From Thalia democratica (Eukaryota), in assembly GCA_965202585.1 (NCBI GenBank), contig OZ241826.1, positions 36,456,001-36,520,000 on the forward strand: a stretch of DNA of 64,000 nt, in the 5' to 3' direction. Shown piece by piece: positions 52,655-64,000 of the stretch. How positions within the stretch are numbered: the first letter of the stretch is position 1; the number at the start of each line of letters is the position of its first letter. The notes under the pieces are model-generated. The model was not told the origin of the DNA and ran no database searches. It saw only the letters and a list, made by a program, of their open reading frames with translations. The translations under genes were made by a program, and so were the position numbers.

Positions 52655-53599
52655 TTCTAAACTAACAATAAATCATCTGTACATGCAAAACAAACTTTTA
52701 AAGTCATTACAAGCTTCAAATGATTTCTTTCGTCGATTCGAAATCTTAGTTAAGAAGTTTTGCAGTTATTCTGTATCGTTCATCTTTCAATATATTATTT
52801 TTATTGACACAGAACTAATTTAAATGTTGGTGACCCTGCTTTTAGTCAAGTGGACACCGGGTCATAATGAAGAACGGGCAAGATACTTAAACTTAATTAT
52901 TAAATTGGTGGTCAACTATGGTTAAACTTTTTTTTAAATGATCTGTTCATATTCAGACATTAAAACAATGACTTAAGGAAATTTTAATGATATTTATAAA
53001 TATGTAAATTTACAACTTAGCTATTATATAATGTTTCAGGTGTTTTACTTATGGTGAGATCCACAATTTATTAGACACCAACTTCTCCTTAGGGGTCGAA
53101 AAGTTTTTTTCCCCCATTTTATTCTTCAAAGCATCTAATGATATCTAATTTCTAATAAATTTAATCTTGCTGATGGTTATAGCTTTACTTATGTAAACTA
53201 GTCTTTCTATTCTTTCGTCGCTCAGAACAGAGCTTTTCAATGAGCTCGGTTGTTCTTCATCGTTTAGTTAAAAATATTTTATTTTTTACTAGTCGGAATC
53301 ACTTTTCCACATGGCTATTGTTGTCCCTTGTTTATCCCATTTGGACACCAGAACATAATGGAAAAACGGCAAAATATTATTTTAAAAACGGTGTAGAAAA
53401 AAATTCTGGACAATAAAAGCAGTTGATCTTTATACTTTTGGGGGTGGAACCAATTGATGTCTCTGCTTCACAATACACTCAATTAAAATAAAAATTATAA
53501 GGTGACCAATTAATTAATTTAGTTTGGAAGTTCATATAAAATTCATTCAATTTTTCACCTGGTTTCATTATCATTTGAAAAGTTTAAATTAGGATTTGT

Positions 53600-54110
53600 G
53601 AATTTAATATACTTCTGTTCTTTAAACTATTAGTAAAAAAATCATATTCTGACAAAAAACTACAACCAAATTAAATTCACTTTCATATTAATTTCAACGT
53701 TTGGTACTGGGAGCGTTTTAAGAGTTTTTTGTTCAAATAATTTTATAAAGAATTTAAGCTAGGATTTAATTGAAAGGGTTGTATGGTCAGCCAAAATAGC
53801 TTCAGATACGGTAATTTGAGGACATGTTCGCGAAGATGTTTTGTCTCGGTTGTGAGTATATTTTTGGAAAAGAGATCCGGTGCAGTTTTTGTGTAGGTCA
53901 GGACATTTTTTAACTTCAATCTCTTTTTTAATTACATCATACACTTTTCCAACAAAAAAAGAAACACTCTTATTATTGGTGAATGAGTAAATTCTCTATT
54001 AATTTTTTTTGTTTCACCTCCGCTTCTTTAAATTTTTCGCAAGTACCATTATTAGGACAGTACTGTGTTCAATTTACCAAATGTACCTTTTAAACTACAC
54101 TTTTCGAATC
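53600..54110 (-). pseudogene. NOF/Mutator-like transposase core remnant (internally deleted duplicate)
   Basis: ORF 53759-53944 reads YDVIKKEIEVKKCPDLHKNCTGSLFQKY...EAILADHTTLSIKS. Confidence 0.6.
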
Positions 54111-54739
54111 TATCTGTTTTTTTTATTGCTTACATAGTAATGTTTTCGAATTAAGTTATAACTATGAATTATTAGACACAAACTCCACCTTAGGGGTCGA
54201 AAAATAGTTTTTCCCCCATTTTACTCTTCAAAGCATCTCATGTTATCTAATAAATTTAATATTGCTGATGGTTATAGCTTTACTTATGTAAACTAGTCTT
54301 TCTATTTTTTCGTCGCTCAGAACAGAGCTTTTCAATGATCTCGGTTATTCTTCATCGTTTATTTAAAAATATTTTATTTTTTACAAGTCGGAATCACTTT
54401 TCCACATGGCTATTGTTGTCCCTTGTTTTGACCGTGTGGACACCAGACCACAATGGAAAAACGGCAAAATATTATTTTAAAAACGGTGTAGAAAGAAATT
54501 CTGGACAATAAAGGCAGTTGATCTTTATACTTTTTGGGGTCGAACCAATTGCTGTCTCTGGTTCACAATATACTTTATTGAAATAAAAATTATAAGCTGA
54601 CCCATTAATTAATCCAGTTTGGAAGTTCGTATAAAATTCATTTAATTTTTCACCTGGGTTTCATTATCATTTGAAAAATTTAAATTAGGATTTGCAATTT
54701 GAATTTAATATATTTAAACTAGAAGTAAAAATATTATAT

Positions 54740-55260
54740 TCTGACAAAAAAACTACAACCAAATGAAAATGAAATTCATTTGCATATTAATTTCAACTTT
54801 TCGTACTGGGAGCGTTTTAAGAGTTTTTGTTCAAGTAATTTTATAAAGAATTCAAGCCAGGATTTAATTGAAAGGGTTGTATGGTCAGCCAAAATGGCTT
54901 CACATACGGAAATTTGACGACATGTTCGCGAAGATGTTTTGTCTCGGATGGTAGGCAGAGCAATGGAATAATAAAATTCCCGCTTATCAGTATATTTTTG
55001 GAAAAGAGATCCGGTGCAGTTTTTGTGTAGGTTAGGACATTTTTCAACTTCAATCTCTTTTTTAATTACATCATACACTTTTCCAACAAAAAAGAAACAC
55101 TTTTATTATTGGTGTATAAGTAACTTCTCTAATTTTTTTTTGTTTCACCTTTGCTTCTTTAAATTTTACTATAGCACCATTATTAGGACAGTACTGAGTT
55201 CAATTAACCAAATGTACCTTTTAAACTACACTTTTCGAATCTATCTTTTTTTTTATTGCT
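54740..55260 (-). pseudogene. NOF/Mutator-like transposase core remnant (copy B ortholog of 26540-27260)
   Basis: ORF 54776-55078 reads LHKNCTGSLFQKYTDKREFYYSIAL...CEAILADHTTLSIKSWLEFF. The putative catalytic D appears as N. Confidence 0.62.
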
Positions 55261-56659
55261 TACATAGTAATTTTTTTGAATTAAATTATAACTATGAACA
55301 AATGCAAAATTGTTTTTATAAACTTTATCAAAACAACTCATAGACTATAAATTGTAGAAGTTATTTTTAATTAGTTATAAAATACCTATGGGCTATGGCC
55401 ATCTTGATTTTATATATTATTTTTATGTGAACCTTCAAGCCCGTACTATCAAGCGCTGGTGTAAAAAGGGGTACCTTAAAATATTTACGAAATCTAACTT
55501 TTAAAACTGTAAAAATGCTTTGATATCTTTCTGATAGATACATGCTTCAATTCTCATCTTCTAAATGGATCGTGAGTTTTTATTTTTTGCAAGTAACTTG
55601 CTATCTTGATTTGTTCACTTAGCTCAAAAATTTATGTGTTGTGAGCAGTAAATGCAATAAATTATCTTATCTAATATCCTGAAATTAGTTAGGTGGTCGC
55701 TTTCATTCTTTTGGGTCTATATAGTCGAACTGTTCTGTTTGACAAACCTCTGTCTTGATGGTCGAAAAGGTACTTTTTGTATAACAGTTATTTAGGTCTG
55801 AACTTTCGACCCATTGTTATGTCAAAAAGTTGGTTTTCATCTTTGTTATTTTTTCTTTTTATCCAAACTTCTTCTTGGTTATATAAAACAGATTTTGTTG
55901 CGTTAAGGATTATCTTTCTTCTTGTGTTGGCAAAGTTTAGAGCATCTTTTAATAATTTTTCTGTTATTGATGGATAAAAGTCTTCATTTCGAAAACGTTT
56001 GCTTTTTTTGAATTATTGAAAAAAATTGAGTTTTAACTAAAAAGTTAAAACGATTCCTCGATTCCTCTTCTAGGTTTTTATAAATCAGTATCTTCCATTC
56101 CTGTTTATTGAAGTTTCTAAATTATTATAGATATGTTTAGTTTTTATAGCAATAAAAACTTCTTAAAATCTTTAGTTTCTATATAACTGCATAAAGGTTA
56201 TTCGTAAACTATTTATTAAGCTATTCAAGATCTCCTATAATTCTTAAATTTTTTTTTATCCATATGTTGATTCATTACAAATGGTCTTTAGATCAATGAG
56301 TGCATTTTCATTGTCACCCGATTTTTATGTAAGAGGTACATATCAATAGTTATCTGCAGTTTTAGTGCTGTTTAAAGATTTAATTTTTTTTTGTTTACTG
56401 AAATTTTGGTTTAATTTAAAACGTGTACCAATTATAGTTTTTTTCTAATCTTTTAATTTTAATGCATAATTCTTATCATCCTGCGTAAAAGCTTGCAACA
56501 ACCAATGATTTTGTATAATTAGCTTTATGACGAATTAAATTAATAAAATATTTTTTCACATCAAAAAGAACTGACTAGCTAAAAAAACATATTTGTCTTG
56601 CTAGTTAAAATTATTTTTAAAACTAATATTTTCACCAGGACTAGCCTTTCGTTCTACAG

Positions 56660-56934
56660 CAGGGTTTCCCAAACTTTTTTGCTAATGGCCCCCTTTAAAG
56701 AGTTTGAAAAAGTAATGGCCCCCTTCAACATATAGATTACTCATAAACTACGATAAAATACACATAGGACCTTTTTTTTTTTTTTTTTGCTCTTCATCTG
56801 GAACTCAAGAATATCTAGTGTAAGTTTCAAGTTATGGCCTCATGGCCCCCCTGTGGCTCCTTTACTGCTCATGGCCCCCTGAGTATCTGTCATGGCTCCC
56901 TAGGGGGCCACTTGGCCCACTTTGGGAATCCCTG
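56660..56934. mobile_element. hAT-type MITE, 275 bp
   Basis: TIR CAGGGTTTCCCAAA / CAGGGATTCCCAAA. Perfect 8-bp TSD TTCTACAG (56652-56659, 56935-56942). (T/A)GGCCCC subterminal repeats. Confidence 0.92.
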
Positions 56935-58243
56935 TTCTACAGGCTTCTTATAAAATCTGAGCAGGAGGTGTAATTATTAAAAACTGTACATTAAACAAAC
57001 ATTTTAATTGGAATGAAACGATCATTTTTTAATCTAAGCATTAATTCCTCGTTCAACTTGACTTTGCCCATTACAAAGAACTAAAATACATTTTATAACA
57101 TGTGAAAGGGACTCATACTGTTGTACGTTCAACTTATTAAAAAATCTGCTAAAATCTGTGTACCATTATCATAATAGTGAGACATAACAACATATGCTGA
57201 TTAGATGCTACAATTCAATCAAAATTTTATCTCCCACATGACATACAACAGTTTTTAGCGTGACAACTGTTGCACCAATTTTCGAAAACAAAACAAAGCC
57301 TTTTTATAGAATTGACAAGAATGATGGATTAATACAAGTTGTTATGTGAAGAAAAGACGACCAACGAACAATTACGACTTTAACTTTTCGATAACATTAA
57401 CAAAAAATTTTATTGCCTTGTCAAAATTTATTTCAAAATTAACTTTTTCACCTTTTTCAATCATGTGATAGGTACTTTTAGTTGGTCGAGTTAAAATTGA
57501 GTAGAACATCCTGAAAAAATAGTACGTTTCTTCGTATTATTATAATTAAAATTGAAATTTTGAGCTGCTTTATGTTCATGTTGCTCCTGACATCCCTTGT
57601 TTAATAACAATCCTCATCGAACTTTTGATTATGTCAGGCGTATTAACTGCCATTGTTGGCTTCAACGGATCATTGCTCTGATACTTATTTAAATATGATT
57701 TTAATAACGAGGCAAGATAACTGACAAACTTCAGTTTTACTGTAGTCAAAGGGACATCAATTGAATTTTGTTTGAAGCATACATTTAAATCCTCTGCAGA
57801 TCAGTATTTTAGAACCTGCTTTTTAAAACAAAACGAAATACAACTAAAGTTATCTTTTACATTTAGCTTAAAGTTATATTTTTACTGTTACAAAAATCGG
57901 AATAGAAGATTAAGTTTCGCAACTATGTAAATTAAATTATATAACGAACTACAATTGAAAAACATATCCCTTAAACTCCTTATAAAATTGTTATAGTCTT
58001 TTTTTAATTGTGGTAAAGACACAAAAAAAAGTTCTCCGACGTTTAGAAGCAACCAATTACGCTTTTACTTGTATAAGTTACCAGCTTTATAAAAAATCAT
58101 ACAGGATATATAGAATGTTGTGGTGCTGAAAAATACTACAATAAACAAATTGTTATAATTTTCTGATTATAAAAAGGCAAGTTACAAAAATCTAAAATAA
58201 ATTGTTTTCGAATAAAAAGCTGTAACTTGTTTTTAATCAAGAG

Positions 58244-58452
58244 CAGGTTATCCCAAACTTTTATTAGGCCCCCTTTAAAGAAGTAAAAAACTAGGGCCTC
58301 CTCCGACAAGATTATTTAAAAAAAAATACCACTAAATACATCAAAATCCTTTTTTATCTTCTTTTCATCATCAATTTCAGAATATCTAGTGTAAGTTTCA
58401 AATTATGACCTCATTGCCCCTTTTGCTGCTTATGGTCTACTTTGGAAATTTT
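58244..58452. mobile_element. Older, decayed copy of the 56660-56934 MITE family
   Basis: Starts CAGGTTATCCCAAACTTTT...GGCCCCCTTTAAAG and shares AATATCTAGTGTAAGTTTCAA(A/G)TTATG. Right end and TSD eroded. Confidence 0.7.
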
Positions 58453-59578
58453 GAGTTTTCTAAGCAATATAACAACTCAAGAATAAAAATTGATACGTGT
58501 AAAGGAAATTCAATGATCTTCAAAAAATTTTTCAATTAAGAACTGGCTGGATCTTATTTTAAAACTAGGATAAGGAATCTAAAGAGTTATTATCCAACGG
58601 ATCACTAGTTTAATAAAACTTGATTTTAAGTAAATATTCAGTTGACAATTATATGTAATGAGAATCCAACAAAAAACATAATTATTGTATTTAATTGTTT
58701 AAACAAGTTATTTTCAAGATAAAAAACAATCTAATTGATTCTGGTTTAACTCATAACAATTTTTTTCTAATGCAACAGAGATTTTAAAAAGTTAATTATA
58801 TATAAGTCAAAACATTTTCATAAGTTTAATAGTTTCTCATGAAAGACAGTTTTTATACAACAATTAAGCACAGCCCTCTCTGTGCATTTTCCACAGAAAA
58901 AAAAAACTTGTAATGCTGCAGATGTGCTATGGTATACTTAGATATAAGATTAACAAATTGTTTCTCAGACTACGACCGTTATCTCGCTAATTAACGCGCC
59001 CCGCTGAATGTACTGTGCATTAAATGTCCCGACACTGGAAGTGAGCTTAGTTCAAGATTTTGTGTGTGATAAGATAAACAGCACAAAAAATAGCCGTTAG
59101 CAAGTTAGAGCTGGTGAATTTTGAAAGTTACGCTTTTAACAAGTTAAACCGGGAAGGTCATTGGATGCACCTTACTAAAAAATTTACAATCAAACTTTTT
59201 GCGACCCGTCAAATTAGTTTGCGTCAAATGGAGCTGGCAGTATAGTTTATGATAAATCTTGTTGTTTTAAAACTCATTAAACTTTACTTGGCAGTTTATA
59301 CTCGTACTGGTTGGAAGAATTCTAATGATCCTGTAAACAAAACTGAAAACTCATTTTACCCATTTTACTCAAAATGGAGAAGATTAACAAATCAAAAACA
59401 TATGTTAATTATTTCTTATAATAAGCATGTCTAATGCTTTGAATTTTAATCATCAAAGTAGTTAGCTTGTGCAAAGTCATAAAATGTTTTTAGCGTTGAA
59501 ATTTATGATCACAAACGGGAAAAGTTGAGTAATTATGAATACCTAAAAAGTTAGAGCATTTAACCTGTTTGCCATCAT

Positions 59579-61214
59579 CATGGTTGCCACTGATCAAGCT
59601 GAGAAAAATTTCCTGACTTTTTCCTGACTTTCTACTAAAGTTTTCCTGACTTTTCTAAATCAAACTCTTAAATTAAACTTATTCTAAAATACATAATCTA
59701 ATACTTGAAACTATATAAAGCTTTCAATCTAATTTCAATACAGGTTAAAAACAACAGTTTTTTGCTGAATTCTATCATCAAACTTTTAGTACATCACTTA
59801 AACCATATGTGTATGATTGATGTTTGTAATAAACAGCTCTATCAGCAAAATACTTGTATTATTACCTTATAAAAACAGCTTGTCTGAAAAAAGACACAAA
59901 ATTTAGCATTTCCTAGCATAAATGTATCTAGATAAACAAACGACACATAAGGAGCTTTTACAATTAAAACCTTGAATTAATAACGAACTTTCACAACTAA
60001 AATCTTGAAACAATAACAAATTTTTACAATTGAAATCTTAAAACAATTAAGAACAAATTTTTTTAAATTTCCTAGCATAAATGTATCTAAATAAACGAAA
60101 CGACATATAAGGAACTTTTACAATTAAAACCTTAAATCAATAAGGAACTTTCACAACTCAAACCTTAAAACAATAACGAACTTTTACAGTTAAAACATTA
60201 AAATAATAAAGAACTTAGTCAAATACTGTTTTTTTAAATGTAAGTACTAAAATTTATTTTTTTCATTAACTCTTCATCTTATGAAGATATGGTTTCCTTC
60301 ATCTGAACTGCATTCCGCTTCATTTTCTTGGCAGTTAAAATAATTTGTCTAATTTTATTAAATCGCTCTCATCTGCTGCCCCTACACTTGTTGAAGAGAA
60401 CCTTTTCTCTAAATCAAGCCACAACTTGTGGGCTTCATTTCTTTTGGTAATCATTTATTTTTACTTTCATTTATAAAATATTTCCTCTTATCATTTAGTA
60501 TAAAATTTGTAACAAATAAATTTACTTGAAAAACTTAAGTTACTCTACAAAAAATACAAACAATAAGTAAACTTAATCTTGGCATTTACCTCTCTTAAAA
60601 CTTATTTTATAAATTAAAACAACTTCAAAAAAATTATAAAGAGGTAAAGTATACATATTAACTTGTTACATAAAATACTAAATTAACAACTTAGTTATAA
60701 AGAACTCAATTATTTACTTAAACAAAAACACTTTGATTCTAAAATTGTGCTAGATAAACTTTTGTGCATATATCACAGTTTTACTATAGAAGTGTCCTTG
60801 CCACAGATCATCAATACTAAAAAGCTTACAAAATCTGCTTGTTCAAGTAGGGTACTTGTTCAATATGTTAATAGAACATTTTTGCAGTTTTATAAAGGAT
60901 ATTCTACTAATTTATACCAGATGAAGGCTTTGGAAATGAGATTAAATTTGTAAATTTATAGGAAATTTTTGGATTTTTTTTCTGACTTTAAAGGACTTTT
61001 AATTAATTTTTACCATTTGAAGGCTTTGGAAAACAAGGAATTTTGTAAATCTAAACTGACAAAATCTGAACTTTTTTTTAATTTTATCAAATTTCCTGAC
61101 TTTTCCTGACTTTTTTTTCAAAACCCCCCATTTTTTCCTGACTTTACCTGACTTTTGTCATTTTTTTAAATTTTTCCTGACTTTTCCTGATTTCCTGACC
61201 GAGTGGCAACCCTG
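59579..61214. mobile_element. Non-autonomous TIR DNA element, 1,636 bp, with an apparent 6-bp TSD
   Basis: TIR CATGGTTGCCACTG / CAGGGTTGCCACTC. CATCAT lies on both sides (59573-59578, 61215-61220). Arrays of TTTTCCTGAC sit inside both ends. Empty site GA-CATCTT-TGTCAC at ~30817-30830. Confidence 0.85.
59905..60200. repeat. ~157-bp tandem duplication with ~30-bp subrepeats inside the 1.6-kb element
   Basis: TTTCCTAGCATAAATGTATCTA occurs at ~59910 and ~60068. AAC(G/A)AACTTT(C/T)ACAA subunits recur. Confidence 0.8.
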
Positions 61215-64000
61215 CATCATTGTCACCAAAAATTATTAACAAACATGTTTAGTTTTACAAGCAAATATTAAGAATGTTATCATATGACTTTGTCCTCTTC
61301 AAAGAATGTATACAGTTTCACGTAGTGCATTAATATATGTTTAATGTTCCTTGAAAAACATTGAAGACTAATATATTAATTTCAGTAATCCATCACAAGT
61401 TTTAATTAACAGATACAGCTGTTTTATGCTATACTTATAAAGATTATTGTATACAATTAAACTAGAAACCAGCAAAAACATTAAAACTGTGTTTAACTAA
61501 AAACTGCATGTCCTATACTTAGTTTGTTATCATTTTTGTAATATTTTTAAAATTATTAATAATATAAAATATTAGTTGAAATCGGAAAATGAATGCAATC
61601 AATAAAAAAAAATAATTTAAGAATATGCATATGCACACATATTTGAAATATTGAAAATCTTGAAAAATAAAATTTCAAAACTAGTTTAAAATATACCTAG
61701 AAAAAATAATAAAACAGTTCAAAATTCCTAGATTGCTTTAATCTTTCTGATTTCAAGCAAGAAAAATAAAACTAAACCAAGAGACAAGAACACAACAAAG
61801 ACTTGTAACACAATGACAAAATCATTGCCTTCAGTTTTTAAATGTTAAGCACACGAAAAAGCAATAAAATGGAGAAAATACCTCTTACCAGTTTAACGAT
61901 TAAAATAAATTGTTTTATTGAAAGGAAAAATACAAACGCTTAGGATTAAATGAAAAACTTTGGTTATAATTTAGTAACTTAAAATAAATATTAAAATGTT
62001 AAAATAAACTAGTCTTATTCAAACAATTTTACTTTCTGAATCTTAAGTATAAGTACAAGAGTAATGCCAACAAAAAACTATGCGCACTCGATTGTCCTTT
62101 TTAGTTTTTTAAAGCTTTTACAGATAATTCTTTCAGCACCTTATCTTCATTCTTCTGATAATTGTGCCTTCCATATTGAAGTCTACTGCTGGTTTGAACA
62201 TTTCCAAGTGGTCAGCTACAACAGCAAGTTCCTGGGTTGCTCCTTCTGTTATTTGTTTAACTTAACTGTTAACGACAAAGTAAATGTTTTTTTTTTGTAA
62301 AATTACACAGTTTAATAAAAAATCTCGACTGTGTTTTCGTCTTAATTACCTTTCAAAAACAGAGAAGACGACTTAATGATTTACAAAAACCAAGAAGCTT
62401 TAAAGTAGCTCACAAGATATACAGTAAGAGAATTTAAGCAAAGGTTGAAACAGATTATTTTATTGCATAATTAAACAACTTTTCACATTATGGTTTCAAA
62501 ATTTTTTCGGTATATGAATTTAAAAAAGTGACCTTGGTTATCTAATTTATTTATTGTAATTAGTTCCACTATAGAAAGTGTAAGTGATACTGAGTTTTAA
62601 AATTAACCAAATTTTTTTTTTTTAATTACTATGAACAATGTTGTAATTTTTGATAAAACATTTAGGAGCATTTATATTAATAGAAAACTATCATTCTACA
62701 TAGATTTTACTTCAAAATAATAAATTTAAAAAAAACAAGTACTTTTGAACAACTGGAACTTATAAAAATATTTTCAGTTTCAGTTAATAAAAATTTAAAA
62801 AATAAACTTTAAAACTGTGAGAGCTTTGATGTTCGTTTTTACTTCTTTTAATTTTTTATTAAATAATTTGGTCAAAATACAAAATGTCTTTTACATAAAA
62901 TTTTTTGTGAAATACATATTTTTTTAATTAAGGTAAAAAAACTTTAACTACCCGTTCGTGTTTATTAAGAATTCAATTTATAAAGAACTGATAGAACCGA
63001 GAAATTTTCAGAGCAAATTAGAAAAACTGCTTTCTAAAAAAATTTAAGTGAAGTTTAAAAAAAAAATTAGTGCAACGCTTTTAAAACGTGTACTATATAT
63101 AAATACCACTATAACACATATGATACTAAAATAAAAAAATATTCTTTATATAAATTCATAAATACTTACATTTGTACGAAGAAACATTTATGTGATCTTG
63201 AAACATCTCAAGATTGGTAGAGGTGTATGTATGACGTAATAATGCGAAAACAAAGATATGTTCGACCGGCGAATTCCTCATTTGAGATATGTCTTAAAAA
63301 GAGATTAATCAGCTATCACACAAATAAAAACGTTTAAAAGTTTGGCTCATGTGGTAGTGAAAAATCTCAGAATAAAAACAGTAGCAAAAGCTAGCAATTT
63401 AGAGTATAAAAAATTAGTACACATGCTTAACATATATAACATTAAATAATGAAAACGGAGCAACGTTGTTTAGATTAGTGTACTTTCAAAAATTATTATT
63501 TGTGTTACAAATTAATGGTTGAAAAATTATACAAACTTTACAAGAATAAGTCTTTTGTAGGCCTGCAAGTTGCCCTAAACTTATAATACAATTTACCATG
63601 GCTTGATAAAAATTGTATAAAAAAAAAATATATAGCATCTATACTAGTTACCCATTCACTTTTTTGCTTCCTTACTAACTAAAGCGCCCTGCCCCTCAAG
63701 AAGCTATATTGCCCGTTTTGGAAAACGCTTGTCTATAAAGATCAACTCAAAAATTCAAGGATATAATTAAGCTAAAAAATTTTGGACTGTTTAATAATAT
63801 GAATTAGGGTTATGGCCCACAAGAAATCATTCTAAATTTACCTTAGGAGGTTCAGAAACTCTTTCAAATATTCTATCCGCAATCTGGTATTGATGAGCTA
63901 CAACCTTCGGTGCTTCTGTTAATACAACTTGGTTATGTACATTTTGTTTATACAACATTTTTGCTTTTTATGAATTTGATTTTTATAAAAAAACTAATAA

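Larger units (their letters stand above)
53066..55298. repeat. ~1.1-kb tandem duplication (53066-54166, 54167-55298)
   Basis: Both units start with AATT(T)ATTAGACAC...CCTTAGGGGTCGAAAA and end near ACTATGAA. The first unit lacks the KREFYYSIALPTI-coding stretch. Confidence 0.9.
33990..62845. repeat. Segmental duplication, copy B, expanded by nested insertions
   Basis: Colinear with 14630-32440 once 38953-45082, 49867-52654, 56660-56934, 59579-61214 and the 53066-55298 tandem duplication are removed. Confidence 0.9.

Noticed and set aside
49828-52823. ORFs 49828-50064 and 52620-52823
   Set aside because: They are by-products of GC-rich hAT terminal repeats read across the insertion junctions.
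63170-63920. Moderately GC-richer patches near the window end
   Set aside because: No ORF of useful length, no termini and no second copy in the window.

Overview
A very AT-rich, repeat-dominated eukaryotic window with short GT-AG introns and no rRNA, tRNA or CRISPR signal. The transposon complement resembles that of a cnidarian such as Hydra, which is an inference only. Most of the window is a diverged tandem segmental duplication (copy A ~14630-32440, copy B ~33990-62845). It is built from a decayed ZMYM1-type hAT transposase and decayed Mutator/NOF-like transposase genes. Copy B carries younger insertions, three of which have visible empty sites in copy A. The standout is a 6,130-bp Foldback/Mutator-type element (38953-45082) with a perfect 9-bp target-site duplication and ~1.2-kb inverted arms made of ~170-bp tandem units. 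Its interior holds an intact 11-exon minus-strand reading frame, missed by the ORF track. That frame encodes a Ulp1/SENP (C48)-type cysteine protease with a full His-Asp-Cys triad fused to a C-terminal PHD finger, and no transposase is visible. Other items are two ~250-300-bp foreign-looking inserts flanked by short direct repeats, conversion-like patchwork between duplicates, several hAT and Tc1-type MITEs, two Penelope GIY-YIG fragments and a 3 x 1.16-kb tandem array. Exon, TSD and TIR coordinates were counted by hand. Percent identities are by-eye estimates, and no database search was run.
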